Made by a program: the position numbers and the translations under genes
Notes under the pieces: generated by a model
What the model was told of the DNA's origin: nothing
What the model saw: the letters and a program-made list of their open reading frames with translations, nothing else
Databases searched by the model: none
From: a virus
Lineage: Duplodnaviria > Caudoviricetes
Reading direction: 5' to 3' (one strand)
Virus record (IMG/VR): IMGVR_UViG_3300038424_000171
Location: 1 to 58,345 of that record
DNA: 58,345 bases
Part shown: piece by piece, positions 44,655 to 55,471 of the stretch
How positions within the stretch are numbered: the stretch's first letter is position 1
Layout: the number at the start of each line of letters is the position of its first letter

Positions 44655-45434
44655 ATGTCGGGCGGACCAAGCCAAACCACGACTACCACCAGCGCGCCGG
44701 CATGGGCGAGTCAGTTGGACAGGTGGCTTTCCGAGCAGGGAATCGGCACGCTGACCGGCGGACCTACGAATATCGCGCAGATGCCTCCAGGGGCGCTCTC
44801 GTCGGTTGCCGGACTCACGCCGGACCAGCTCGCGGCGATTTCGAACATCGAAAATGTCAGCGGACAGGCTGGGCAGGTCGGCAGCGCCGGCGCAAACATG
44901 CTGACCAATCAACTGCAAGGGGACTACCTCAATCCGGCGACTAACCCGTACTTGGCCGCGACTTACGCGGAGGCAGCGGCACCGATGGTGCAGCAATACG
45001 AAACCGCAACCGCGCCTTCGACGATGGCGGCGGAGCAGACTGCGGCCGGCGGAGGCCCGGGCGCGTTGTCGGGATCGACTGCGTTTGGAGAAGAGACGGC
45101 GCTGAATCAGTACGGACTCGGCCAGAATCTCGCCAACCTCGGAACGAATATTTATGGCGGCGCCTACGAACAGGGCGTGCAGAATCAACTGACGGCGGCG
45201 GGTCTCGAAGGCGCGGTGCAATCGGGGCTGTACGCTCCAGCCAACGCGCTCTTGGGCGCCGGCACGATCCAGCAACAGCAGCAGCAGAACGTACTCGACA
45301 CGAATACGCAGAACGCGCTCGCACAAGCGAATTGGCCGATTTCAAGACTGAGCGATATAGCGTCGATTGTGCAGGCGTTGCAGTCGGGGCAAGGATCGGT
45401 GCTCGGGCCGAATCCAGCCGCATCGAAGCTGTGA
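44655..45434 (+). CDS. Internal virion / ejection protein
   Basis: MSGG..QTTTT..P.W; VAGLTPDQ; YLNP..NPYL; Gln/Gly/Ala-rich. Confidence 0.65.
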   Translation: MSGGPSQTTTTTSAPAWASQLDRWLSEQGIGTLTGGPTNIAQMPPGALSSVAGLTPDQLAAISNIENVSGQAGQVGSAGANMLTNQLQGDYLNPATNPYLAATYAEAAAPMVQQYETATAPSTMAAEQTAAGGGPGALSGSTAFGEETALNQYGLGQNLANLGTNIYGGAYEQGVQNQLTAAGLEGAVQSGLYAPANALLGAGTIQQQQQQNVLDTNTQNALAQANWPISRLSDIASIVQALQSGQGSVLGPNPAASKL

Positions 45435-45445
45435 GGATGTGACTT

Positions 45446-46003
45446 ATGAGTGACGCGATTCAGAAATATGTGGTGCCGGGAATCGAAACTGTGGGCGGTG
45501 CGGCGAGTGAGTTGTTTGCTCCGGGCAATCCGGCGGGCATTGCGGCAATGACGAGCGGAGCTACGGGGCTTGTAGGCGGCGCTGCTGGTGGCGGCGCGAC
45601 TGGCAGTACGGCACCAAACGCCTCGAACGCCAATAACCCTTGGAATACGAGCTTCAATCCGACAGCGAATCCTTATGGTATCAGTTCGGGAACCGATCCT
45701 GCCGGTGGTGGCATTATGGGTGCGGTTGCATCTCTCGCGCCACTGGCCGGTCAGGGAATCGGGATGCTTGGCAAAGCCGCACAGCCGCAGGGTCAAACAT
45801 CGAACAACGCGATACCACGGCCCGCGACGCCTGCTCAAGCGATGTCACCTCCTGTGGCTCCGCCACGCACGCCGGTTGCTGGCAACGTGGGAAGTCCCGG
45901 CGTAGCGACACCGGCAGCAATGGCGAAACCGGCTGCGGCGACTCCGCAACTTAACGCTCTACAGGTCTATCAGAACTTCTTGAGGCAGATTGGAGCAGCC
46001 TGA
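45446..46003 (+). CDS. Internal virion / ejection protein (Gly/Ala/Pro-rich)
   Basis: Composition and position. Confidence 0.55.
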   Translation: MSDAIQKYVVPGIETVGGAASELFAPGNPAGIAAMTSGATGLVGGAAGGGATGSTAPNASNANNPWNTSFNPTANPYGISSGTDPAGGGIMGAVASLAPLAGQGIGMLGKAAQPQGQTSNNAIPRPATPAQAMSPPVAPPRTPVAGNVGSPGVATPAAMAKPAAATPQLNALQVYQNFLRQIGAA

Positions 46004-47226
46004 TGGCCGATGGAATCAGCGGCGCGCTCGACAGCGTGCTCAATAGCCCCCTGATAACGACGCTGGCGCCGATCGCTCTCGGTGTGCTCGGCGGTCTCGG
46101 ACAGCCGGGAACGAAATGGGGCGGCGGACTCGGCAAGGCGCTCGAAGGTGCGGCGACTGGGCTACAGCAGGGCGCACAGACCCGCGCGTTGCTGGCAGAG
46201 GCGCAGCGCAATCAGCAGGATCTCGCGCTCAAGACTCAGCAACTCAACCAGCAGAAGCAACTGAACGACATCACGCTGGGCAATCAACAGATATTGCAAA
46301 AACGAATCGCGGGACTGCCACCAGATGAACAGGCGCTCGCGATTGCTGATCCGAAAGCCTACTTCGATATGGATTTGATGAAGAAGGCCGCACCGGCCAG
46401 TATCGCGGCGCTCCAAGCGACGGGGAAATTTTCGCCAGAAGCGATCAAGGCATTCAAGGATCTCGATCCGGCAACTCTTCACGACCTAACCAGCAAGACT
46501 CTCGATGCGTATTCGGCGGGTAAGGAAACCGATCTTCAGAAAGTTCACGATGCCATTCTAAAAGCAGATACGCGCCCCGTCCCTCAAGCACAGAAAGAGA
46601 AAGATGCTTGGACGGGGGCGGCGTATCAGTTGAAGGCCGCGCCGCAGATTGCGGTCACGGAAGCGCGGGGCGAAGAAGCGCGAGAAACCAAACAGACGGA
46701 GGGAACGGCGTCCGGCACAACGGCAGCGCGCACTATCGCGAAACTTGGCCCTGACGGAAAGCTACACATATTCGGTTTCAATCCTGCGACGACAAATTAT
46801 GACCGCGACCAAGGACTCGCGGCAGAGAAGGGCGGGAAGATTGATGTCGATGCTGCGACGGGGAAATTGATCATTGTCAATGCAGACGGCTCGGTTGTGC
46901 AGACGGGCGTGGATGCGGGTACGAAATCGGGTGTGGAGCTGAATCGACTCTTGAACTCTGGCGGAACAGGCGCGCCGACAGACGGCTCTACTCCTGCGGC
47001 GGCGCCATCTGCAACGGCAACTCCTGCTGCTCCACCGCCGCGCACTGCATCGGCTTCAGCGACACCGGGTCCAGCCGCTCGCAAAGCTGGGGAGGCTGTA
47101 CCCCCGCCGAGTCGAAACACACCGCTAGGCATGGGGAAATATAATCCAGATAAATCAAAGCTGGCGGGGATGGCGGTTTATGATCTGCCAAACGGTAAGA
47201 TTTGGGGATTCCCATCTGGGGAATGA
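46003..47226 (+). CDS. Internal virion / ejection protein
   Basis: N-terminal Gly-rich hydrophobic helices, then a Gln-rich coil; position. Confidence 0.55.
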   Translation: MADGISGALDSVLNSPLITTLAPIALGVLGGLGQPGTKWGGGLGKALEGAATGLQQGAQTRALLAEAQRNQQDLALKTQQLNQQKQLNDITLGNQQILQKRIAGLPPDEQALAIADPKAYFDMDLMKKAAPASIAALQATGKFSPEAIKAFKDLDPATLHDLTSKTLDAYSAGKETDLQKVHDAILKADTRPVPQAQKEKDAWTGAAYQLKAAPQIAVTEARGEEARETKQTEGTASGTTAARTIAKLGPDGKLHIFGFNPATTNYDRDQGLAAEKGGKIDVDAATGKLIIVNADGSVVQTGVDAGTKSGVELNRLLNSGGTGAPTDGSTPAAAPSATATPAAPPPRTASASATPGPAARKAGEAVPPPSRNTPLGMGKYNPDKSKLAGMAVYDLPNGKIWGFPSGE

Positions 47227-47274
47227 CGAGCGTATTAGCGGCGAACAGGAATGCTAGGACGAGATTCATAGTGT

Positions 47275-50200
47275 ATGCCCGAACTTGACCCTACAACTCT
47301 CGCGCCCGTAGGGCAAACCGCACCCGCCGGGGGCGGCATGGAGCTTGACCCCGACACCTTGCAGCCCAAGCAGGGTGCGTTGCGCCGCACCGCGGGCTAC
47401 GTCGGGCAGGAACTAAGCGACATCGCACATCATCCCATCAGGTCGGCACTCGGACTAATACCAGGCGAGCCGGAAGCCGCCGAAGCGTACAAGAGCGGGC
47501 TGACGCCCGACGCACAGTCCGAACTCGCCGCACCGACCAGTCTCGGCATGGAAGCGCGGTTCGGACTACTCACGCCAGAGAACACCAAAGAGAAAGTCGC
47601 CGAAGCGGAGAAGGAATCGTCGGAGCGCGCGAAAGAGATTGAAGCGAGTCCGACTCAGCGCGCGATCGTCGGCGGACTTCGCGGAGCACCCAAGACTCTC
47701 GCCGAGTACGAGCTGGCGGGCAAAGCGTTCGGACCAGTATCCAGCGTAACTGGCAAAACGGGTGCGGCGGCAACTATCGGAGCGGCGTTCGGTGCGGAGC
47801 AAGCCGCGAAAGAAGAAGCACCGAAGGGTGAACAGGTCGATGCCGCGAAGCAGGCGGCGGACATCATCACTGGCGGGGTGGTCGGCGGTGGACTCGGTTA
47901 TGGCGGCTCGTTGCTTGAACACGCTCATCTGGCCGAACCGTACCTTCGCGCGCAAGGGATGACGCCGCAGGTCGGGCCGGAAGCTAGCGTCGAGGCGCAA
48001 GAAGCTGCGGCAGAACCCTCCCGGCCGGAAGCACCGAAAGAAGAAGCAAAACCAGCAGCGGAAGAAGGGAGGAAGCCTAGCGAGGCGGAGACACCCAAAG
48101 AAGTCAAGGCGCCCGTCGCTACGGAAGTCGCCCCTTCTCCTGCGGCTGACGTACCGCCAGCCGTCGCCGACCAACTAACGGCACTCAGCGCCCATCCTCA
48201 CGGCTCCATCGAGGAAATCAAAGTCGGCGACCTACGGAAGAATTCCGACCTGTTGAAAGTCGACCCCGACCGTTTTCAGTTTAAGCAGAACGTGAACGAC
48301 AAGGGCGTCGGCAAAGACCTCGGCGACATCAACGAATATAAAACTGGACTCTCTGACGTACTCACGGCGTACCATGCGCCCGACGGTAATTTCATAATCG
48401 ACGGGCATCACCGTCTCGACGCGGCGCTCAGGCTCGCGGACGACAACGACGTGATCCGTTATCAGTGGCTCGACTCTGGCAATTCCATCCCGGGTGCGAT
48501 CGAACATAACGTCACTGATGCGGCGGCGCGGGCATTCGGCGCTCTCAAGAACATGGCGAATCAGCGCGGCACCGCCTACGACATGGCGAAGTTCATGCGC
48601 GAGTCTGACATGGGCGCGGCTGACCTCGCGAAGATGGGCATCAGTCTGACCGAAGCGAAAACGTCCGACGCGCTCGCGATGAAGAATCTGTCGCCGTTTC
48701 TCTGGCAGCAATTCCGTACCGGCAACCTTCGCGATTCTCTGGCCGTGACGCTCGGCCGTGAACTACCTGACGACCAAATCGCGCAAGACGATCTCTACAA
48801 GCTCATCTCCGGCAAGGAAGTCAAAGGTGAGATGCGGCCGCAGCAACTCACCAATCTGATTCGACTATCGAAGGGCGTCGAGACCGTGCCCGAAGAAGGC
48901 GGTTCTCTATTCGGAAAAGATTTCTTCAAAAAGACGACGCTCCCGCAGCAGGCGCTCATTCTCGACCAGGTGCAGACGGAACTCGAGCGCGATGCCCGTC
49001 GGATGTCGGGAACCGCCAAAGAGCAGGAACTCCTCGAAAGCGCGGGACAGACCAAAATCGACAAACCCGAACTCGAGGCGAAGGCGCGCGAAGCGAAGAC
49101 GGTCGCGGAACTGCTGCCAAAGTTTGCGTACAACGCGGACACCGACACGAACGCCGCGATCAAGGAAATGGCGTATCGGCTTGCCGGCGACTCGAAGCTA
49201 AAAGGAAAGATTCTCGGCGAAGCACGAGCTGCGATCTCCCAAGCGGTGATGCGGGATGCGCGGCAGGCGGGATTGTCTGGAGAACAATTTAGCGAGCCTG
49301 CCCCAGAAGAACCTTCACTGTTCGGCGGCAAAGGCACTGAACTATCAGGCGGCATCGTGCCGGTACAAGCGGCGAAGCACCTCCAGGGTCTTGGCGCTTG
49401 GGTGATGGAGAAGCTGTCGAGCGGCAAGGTATCGACAACGCTCAAAGCGGCGATGGCGCCTGAAATGGTTGATACGTTCTCGAAGCGCGAATCGACGATG
49501 GTCGAGGAGAAAGCGGCAGAACTTCGCGCCCGCGTCGGGTCCGCGCGGCATCTATGGGCGCCGCTGCATTCGTTCTATCAGAACGTAATTGGCGCGGGCG
49601 ACGACTGGAAACAGGCGTTTCAGATTTACTCCAAGCTAGAACACGGCAACCTCGATGCGCTCCCGAAAGAACTCCAGCCGTTTCAAAAGATGGCGCGCGA
49701 GGCGTTCGATACCGTCCACGAGCGCATCCAGAAAATCAAAGGCGGCGATGCGGGCTATCGGGACGACTATCTACCGCATATGTACGCGGAGCCACCGGAC
49801 AGAGTGAAGGAAGTATTTGGCTCACTCAAGAACGCAACAGGGCGTGCATTGACTGGACCGAAGGGGTTTCTTCAATCGCGCACCTATCGCGACATGATGG
49901 AAGCGATTACGGAGGGCGGACTCACGCCCAAATTTAAGAACCCCGTCGATATGATGCTCGCGGGACTTCAGAACGAATGGCGCTACGTCACCGGGCAGGA
50001 ACTCTTCAACAACATGAAGGATGCCGGTCTCGCGCGATTCTTCAAGTTCGGCGAGAACCCGAAAGGATGGGCGCCCATCGACGACAAGATCGCCAAGGTG
50101 CGGACGTATTCTCCGACAGAGCACGGCTACATCGAGCGCGGGCACTACATGGCACCGGAAGCAGCGGCGCGTGTTCTCAACAACCATCTTGGTCCGGGGC

Positions 50201-52023
50201 TCGGATCGCGAGACGGCATCTTCGGTCCGCTGTCGTCGGCAAGCGCCATCGGCAATCAGATCCGCGTCGGACTATCGGCATTCCACATTATGCTCGAAGC
50301 GAACTCGGCCGCGGACATCGAAGCCGGCGGCGTTATCGGCGAGGGATTGGGGAGGATCGCGCATGGCGACCTGAAGGGCGGACTATCGGCGTTGTCGCGC
50401 GTGCCGCGCACTTGGATGACGCCGGTAGAACTCTACAAGACGATCGCGAAGGGACGTGAAGTTCAGGGCGCAGCTCACGCGGGAATGTTTGAAGACCCCG
50501 CAGTGAAGTCGGTTCTGCTCGGGGGCGGGTCATTTGATTACGGCGATTCGATTATGACCGAGGCGCTGACGCGAGCCTTTCAAGATAAGTTCGGCACCAA
50601 ACTCGGGCGGGCAGGTCGGGTCGCGCACGGCATCGCGGATTCGGTGCTCGGCTTCACGATGAAGAAGGTCGTCACGCCGGCAAAGCTCGGCAGTTTCCTA
50701 AGCCTCTATGACACGGAACTAAAGCGCGCCTACGCCGCGAATGGTGGCGAAGACATCCCGTTCGTTCAGCGGCGCGAGATTGCGAGCAACGTGCGGCGTC
50801 ACCTCGACGATACGATGGGGCAGATTGCCCGCGACAATCTTCATTTCGGCAACAAGATGAAGGACGCCCTGAGCCTCATTATCGGGTTTCCGGGCTGGAA
50901 TATCGGCACCGTGCGCCTATTCGGTGGCATCGTCCGCGGCGCCGGAGAACTGATGACGGGTCGCGAACTAGACCCACAGGCTCGCCTCGCACTGCAATTT
51001 GCGGCGGGGAAAGCGATTCGAGCAGGGATCACCGGTACGGTAATCAACCGTCTCGTCACTGGACACATGCCTCAATCCATCGTCGAGATGTACACATGGC
51101 CGACCGGACAGAAAGACAAGAACGGCAACTACATTCGCGTGTCTCCACCTGAATATCTTATTCGCGACCTGCTGTCGTACATGGGGCATGAAAAGACCGG
51201 CATCGGGCCGGGGCACGCGCTGGTCGAGACGGCGATGGGGAAACTCAACTGGCCGCTTGCGGCTGGGTACGAGATTTATCGCAATGCCGATTTCTTCAAC
51301 CGCCCCATCACCTTTCGAGATTCAAGCGTGCCGGCTAATGCGATGCGGATCGTGAAGCATATCGCAGAGGCGGGGGGCGTCCCTTTTGCCCTGACCAACA
51401 TCAAGGAACAAGCAGAGGAAAAAGGCACCGATGTAGGAAGCGAACTTAAGGCGGGGCAATTCGGCGCGTTGGCGAAACAGGGCGCGGTCGGCGTTCTTGG
51501 CCTGACACCGGCACCGTCGTCGCTACGTCAGACGCCCATGCAGAACTTCGTATTCGGGCTTCTCAATCAGCAGGGACGCCAAGCGCCCCAGGCATCGTCG
51601 CCGGAACAGATGGAGACCGACAACCAGGTGCGTCGATTCAAAGGCGAGATGCGGGACTATCTGGCGGGTCGGACCAAGCAGCGTCCTGATATAAAGCCGC
51701 TGATCGATGCGCGCATGACGCAGAAGCAAATTGCGCACACTCTTAAGGGTGCGAAGATATCTCCGATCGAAGCGGCACTCGAACAGGTAGGGGCAATGCC
51801 GCACGGGCAGGGTATTATTAGCCTCGCGCAGGCTTGGCAAGTTGCGAATAAAGACGGGAACGAGAACGACATGAAGATAGTCCGTAACGTCGCGATCCGC
51901 CGTCTGAAAACAGAGTGGCCGCAACTGACGCCGGAACAGCGGAAACAAATCGGGCCGATTATCAACAAGATGCTGAGTCCGAAGACCGAGCGCGAGGCGG
52001 CAATCGAAGGAGGCGGAGTATGA
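47275..52023 (+). CDS. Large ejection (polyvalent) protein with a ParB/Srx-like domain
   Basis: DPDRFQFK...FIIDGHHRLDAA; DYLPHMY; largely helical C-terminal half; 1582 aa. Confidence 0.7.
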   Translation: MPELDPTTLAPVGQTAPAGGGMELDPDTLQPKQGALRRTAGYVGQELSDIAHHPIRSALGLIPGEPEAAEAYKSGLTPDAQSELAAPTSLGMEARFGLLTPENTKEKVAEAEKESSERAKEIEASPTQRAIVGGLRGAPKTLAEYELAGKAFGPVSSVTGKTGAAATIGAAFGAEQAAKEEAPKGEQVDAAKQAADIITGGVVGGGLGYGGSLLEHAHLAEPYLRAQGMTPQVGPEASVEAQEAAAEPSRPEAPKEEAKPAAEEGRKPSEAETPKEVKAPVATEVAPSPAADVPPAVADQLTALSAHPHGSIEEIKVGDLRKNSDLLKVDPDRFQFKQNVNDKGVGKDLGDINEYKTGLSDVLTAYHAPDGNFIIDGHHRLDAALRLADDNDVIRYQWLDSGNSIPGAIEHNVTDAAARAFGALKNMANQRGTAYDMAKFMRESDMGAADLAKMGISLTEAKTSDALAMKNLSPFLWQQFRTGNLRDSLAVTLGRELPDDQIAQDDLYKLISGKEVKGEMRPQQLTNLIRLSKGVETVPEEGGSLFGKDFFKKTTLPQQALILDQVQTELERDARRMSGTAKEQELLESAGQTKIDKPELEAKAREAKTVAELLPKFAYNADTDTNAAIKEMAYRLAGDSKLKGKILGEARAAISQAVMRDARQAGLSGEQFSEPAPEEPSLFGGKGTELSGGIVPVQAAKHLQGLGAWVMEKLSSGKVSTTLKAAMAPEMVDTFSKRESTMVEEKAAELRARVGSARHLWAPLHSFYQNVIGAGDDWKQAFQIYSKLEHGNLDALPKELQPFQKMAREAFDTVHERIQKIKGGDAGYRDDYLPHMYAEPPDRVKEVFGSLKNATGRALTGPKGFLQSRTYRDMMEAITEGGLTPKFKNPVDMMLAGLQNEWRYVTGQELFNNMKDAGLARFFKFGENPKGWAPIDDKIAKVRTYSPTEHGYIERGHYMAPEAAARVLNNHLGPGLGSRDGIFGPLSSASAIGNQIRVGLSAFHIMLEANSAADIEAGGVIGEGLGRIAHGDLKGGLSALSRVPRTWMTPVELYKTIAKGREVQGAAHAGMFEDPAVKSVLLGGGSFDYGDSIMTEALTRAFQDKFGTKLGRAGRVAHGIADSVLGFTMKKVVTPAKLGSFLSLYDTELKRAYAANGGEDIPFVQRREIASNVRRHLDDTMGQIARDNLHFGNKMKDALSLIIGFPGWNIGTVRLFGGIVRGAGELMTGRELDPQARLALQFAAGKAIRAGITGTVINRLVTGHMPQSIVEMYTWPTGQKDKNGNYIRVSPPEYLIRDLLSYMGHEKTGIGPGHALVETAMGKLNWPLAAGYEIYRNADFFNRPITFRDSSVPANAMRIVKHIAEAGGVPFALTNIKEQAEEKGTDVGSELKAGQFGALAKQGAVGVLGLTPAPSSLRQTPMQNFVFGLLNQQGRQAPQASSPEQMETDNQVRRFKGEMRDYLAGRTKQRPDIKPLIDARMTQKQIAHTLKGAKISPIEAALEQVGAMPHGQGIISLAQAWQVANKDGNENDMKIVRNVAIRRLKTEWPQLTPEQRKQIGPIINKMLSPKTEREAAIEGGGV

Positions 52024-55000
52024 AGATTCGGCTGGCGATTATCTGTCTCCTTGCAACTCTAGTACTGCCGCATCTAGCGGTTGCGCAGACGGCTACACCG
52101 ACAGTGACCGCCACAGCGACGGCAACTGCCACGGCAACGCCTACTGCCACGCCGACGCCATGCGGCACGCTGCGTCAAATTGTCAGCGGTGCGTCCAACT
52201 CATGTACCGCGAGTTTCCCGTCGCTCTTGACTCCAACTCTAGGCGACCTGATGGTGGTTAATCTCAATACGATAGGAAGCGGCAACACGCCTGCTTCGTT
52301 GACCGTCACAGACACTCAAGGAAATAGCTGGATTCCTCATCCTCAGAACGGCAACAGCAACGTGTGTTCGTCCACGACGAAAGTGTGCTCCGCTCAATTC
52401 GCGACGATTGCGAACGCTAGTACATCCGATATTGTTACCGTGCACATCGGGTCGCCCGGCTCGGGTACTTGCCGGGCTATTAGTTCCGTTGCCGATTTCT
52501 TCGGTAATGCGAACTCGGCGGTTTATGACGGGTCGAATTGGGGCAGCAGCGGCTACAGCACCACGCAGGTTACGGGGCTGACCGCGACGACAATTCAGAA
52601 CGCCGAGATAGCGGTCGGTGAAATCGGGATCAGCCTCGGCACCGGCCCGACGAGCGGGCCGACCGAGTACGGCACGGCAAACGGCTCCGCTGCGAGTATT
52701 GCGAATTATGTGGGGCCAGGCATCGGACAGTTTATCGGATGGGTGAATCAAAATCTCGCCGGGACCGAAGGACTTGACTGGACGACTGGCGCGAATGTTT
52801 ACAATACCGGGCTGATCGGCACCTTCTTTTGCTCCGGTGCGGCAACCCCGACGCCGACTGCTACCGCCACATCAACCGCCACCGCAACCGCCACGACCAC
52901 ATCAACCGCGACCAAAACCGCCACCGCCACGGCGACGCCTACGATCAGCGCAACGCCTACGATCAGCGCAACGCCGACTGCGAGCGCATCATCTACCGCG
53001 ACGACTACAGCGACTCCGACTGCGACTCCGACTGCACAACCATCAGGTCCGCCTGTGGCCTGTCTGACTGGAAATCTCCAGCACCTCTACGGCATCGGTG
53101 CAGTCAAGGCGCGCGTGAATTACAAGACGCCGGCGTTCCCGCAGGTGCCTCCATTCGGCGGGTCGGTTATCCCCGGCGTTGACCTCTGCTCATCGATCAC
53201 TGACGCCAGCGGCAACCTGCCTACGAGTGGTCAATGCACCTGCTTCATCCAGGGGGAATGCCTGCTCGTACAAGTCGGCACGGGGCAGCCTGTGCAAATC
53301 CAGATTCCGATGATGACTGGCGCCGATTTGAGCACACTGATTCTGGCGAATACGGATCCCGATTCCATAGTGACCGACATCGATCTCGCCGGCCCCGACT
53401 TCTCGGGGTACACCGTGGCAAATCCGTCCGATGGCGCGATCGGAACGGCGACGATTACCAGTCCGTCCGCCTACTCAGTACAGGCCAATGGCAGTTTGAA
53501 CCTCAACATCAGCGTGAACGGAAACCTTCAAGTTGTCACGTTGAATGGCAGCTCGACGTTGACGCTTACGAATTTCGCCAGCGGCGGCAAGTTTGTCATC
53601 GACACCTTGGAGAACTCGACAGGCGGATACACGCCGACATTCGCGGTTCCTGTTGGCTACTCGCTGGTCTGGGCGGGCGGCGGCATTCAACCGCCGTCTT
53701 CGCTGACTGCGGATACTTACTCGGAGTGGCAGTTCGCAGTGTCCAACACTACGGTTGTCGGCGTGTTGCTCCAGTCTCCCAACGGCGGCAACAGCTTCAG
53801 TTCCTTGAGCGTCGCATCCGGCATTACCGACACGGGCCAAGTGGACGTATTGCCGATCATCGCAGAGAGTCCGACCGTGACGGTCCAAGGTACGGAAGGC
53901 TCGACTACCTACACTTACGCGCTGATGTGTAATGATAGCACTACCGGGCAGACGACGGCATCTCCATTCGTCCCTGTGACTGATGGGAACGCCGTTCTGA
54001 GCGGATCGAATTATAATCAGATTTGCGCGGCAAACGAGGCGGGATGCGTGTCGTGGACGGTGCTCAAGACCAACACCTCAACGACTTTGGGAACCATCGC
54101 GGCTCCGAGCGGGTGCCTGAACGACACGGGGCAGGCGACGACAGCCTGTACGCAGACGATCAACGGCGCGAGTTTTCCTTGCTCGACGGCCAATACGACT
54201 GGAGCGATTGATGCGAGTCTGTGGGTTGGAAATTGGGCGCTGCTCACGGCAACGGGGCAGATTCCCTACGCCGCCAGCCCATTCGTCGATGCGGCTCTCA
54301 ACGGTTTCACAGGGCAACTCTCCGCCCCGACTGCTCCGGTCATCACGCAAGGCGGAACGACCGGCTCGACCACCTACACCTACTATCTCGTCTGTCACGA
54401 CTCGCACGGTGGCTCGACGGTGCCATCAGGGGCCGGATCGACGGGCACCGGCAACGCGACGCTTTCAGGAAGCAACTATAATATCGTGACCTTTCCCGGC
54501 GAACTGGGATGCGTCACTTGGGACGTGCTCTCGCCGGACACGGCGCATGTGGTGTCACTGACGCCACAGCCGGGGCCGACATTCAACGATACGAGTAATT
54601 GTCAGAACACATCACCCGTTACTTGCAGTCCGTACACGACACCGGCGACGAATACGACCTCGGCTGACGCTTATCTCTACAGCGCGCCGAACGGTCAAGC
54701 GACGCCTGTGGGCGCGAGCGCTCCAGCGTGGCAACCGATTCTCGCGTCAGACGTGCCGGGCTTCGACAATGTAACCGTCAACGGGATTCCCGCCAAGGGC
54801 TACCTTCCCATCGCCACGGGACCAAACTCCGGCACCTGGCAATCGGGAACGAGCATCACGCAACTAATCACGCATGGGCAGCAGCTCGTCACCGTAAGCC
54901 AGGCCTTCACCGTGCCTGCAAACGTCTTTTCCATCACGGCTGAGTGTTGGGGTGGAGGAGGCGGAGGAGGAGGATACGGCGCTGGCCCTGTTTCCGGCAC

Positions 55001-55463
55001 GGCTGGAACCACGACATCGTTTGGAAGCGGCAGCGGCGTGATATGCAGCGCTGGCGGGGGGCAAGGCGGACAGTCGGTAACGTCAGGCAATGCTGGCGCG
55101 GGCGGCGTCGGCGGGATACCAGCCACAGGCACGTTGACGATTTCCGGCCAGAACGGACAAACTGGCGCCAAGTATGTCAGCGTTAGCGGATTTGTCGCAG
55201 GTGGCGGCTCCCCGCGTGGAGCACTGGGCACCGAGAGCAGCAACGCGGGAACGCCAGGTGCCGGCGGCGCGGGCGCCACGCCTACAGGGGTCGGTGCAGA
55301 AGGCGGCGGCGGGGGCGGCGGCGGTGCTTATGCCGAGGGCCAGACGCAGACCTCGCCGAATGCGGTATTCACCGTGACGATTGGCGCCGCGGGTGCCGCT
55401 GGTACGGCCGCAACCGTCGATGGGATCGCGGGGGCTCCGGGCGAAGTGCTGATCACCTGGTAG
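52020..55463 (+). CDS. Tail-fibre-like multidomain protein with an N-terminal signal peptide (1147 aa)
   Basis: GGAG RBS and ATGA overlap; MKIRLAIICLLATLVLPHLAVA-Q; two TAT linkers; duplicated GSTTYTY...GNA.LSGSNYN domain; C-terminal Gly-rich domain. Confidence 0.8.
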   Translation: MKIRLAIICLLATLVLPHLAVAQTATPTVTATATATATATPTATPTPCGTLRQIVSGASNSCTASFPSLLTPTLGDLMVVNLNTIGSGNTPASLTVTDTQGNSWIPHPQNGNSNVCSSTTKVCSAQFATIANASTSDIVTVHIGSPGSGTCRAISSVADFFGNANSAVYDGSNWGSSGYSTTQVTGLTATTIQNAEIAVGEIGISLGTGPTSGPTEYGTANGSAASIANYVGPGIGQFIGWVNQNLAGTEGLDWTTGANVYNTGLIGTFFCSGAATPTPTATATSTATATATTTSTATKTATATATPTISATPTISATPTASASSTATTTATPTATPTAQPSGPPVACLTGNLQHLYGIGAVKARVNYKTPAFPQVPPFGGSVIPGVDLCSSITDASGNLPTSGQCTCFIQGECLLVQVGTGQPVQIQIPMMTGADLSTLILANTDPDSIVTDIDLAGPDFSGYTVANPSDGAIGTATITSPSAYSVQANGSLNLNISVNGNLQVVTLNGSSTLTLTNFASGGKFVIDTLENSTGGYTPTFAVPVGYSLVWAGGGIQPPSSLTADTYSEWQFAVSNTTVVGVLLQSPNGGNSFSSLSVASGITDTGQVDVLPIIAESPTVTVQGTEGSTTYTYALMCNDSTTGQTTASPFVPVTDGNAVLSGSNYNQICAANEAGCVSWTVLKTNTSTTLGTIAAPSGCLNDTGQATTACTQTINGASFPCSTANTTGAIDASLWVGNWALLTATGQIPYAASPFVDAALNGFTGQLSAPTAPVITQGGTTGSTTYTYYLVCHDSHGGSTVPSGAGSTGTGNATLSGSNYNIVTFPGELGCVTWDVLSPDTAHVVSLTPQPGPTFNDTSNCQNTSPVTCSPYTTPATNTTSADAYLYSAPNGQATPVGASAPAWQPILASDVPGFDNVTVNGIPAKGYLPIATGPNSGTWQSGTSITQLITHGQQLVTVSQAFTVPANVFSITAECWGGGGGGGGYGAGPVSGTAGTTTSFGSGSGVICSAGGGQGGQSVTSGNAGAGGVGGIPATGTLTISGQNGQTGAKYVSVSGFVAGGGSPRGALGTESSNAGTPGAGGAGATPTGVGAEGGGGGGGGAYAEGQTQTSPNAVFTVTIGAAGAAGTAATVDGIAGAPGEVLITW

Positions 55464-55471
55464 GAGTATCA

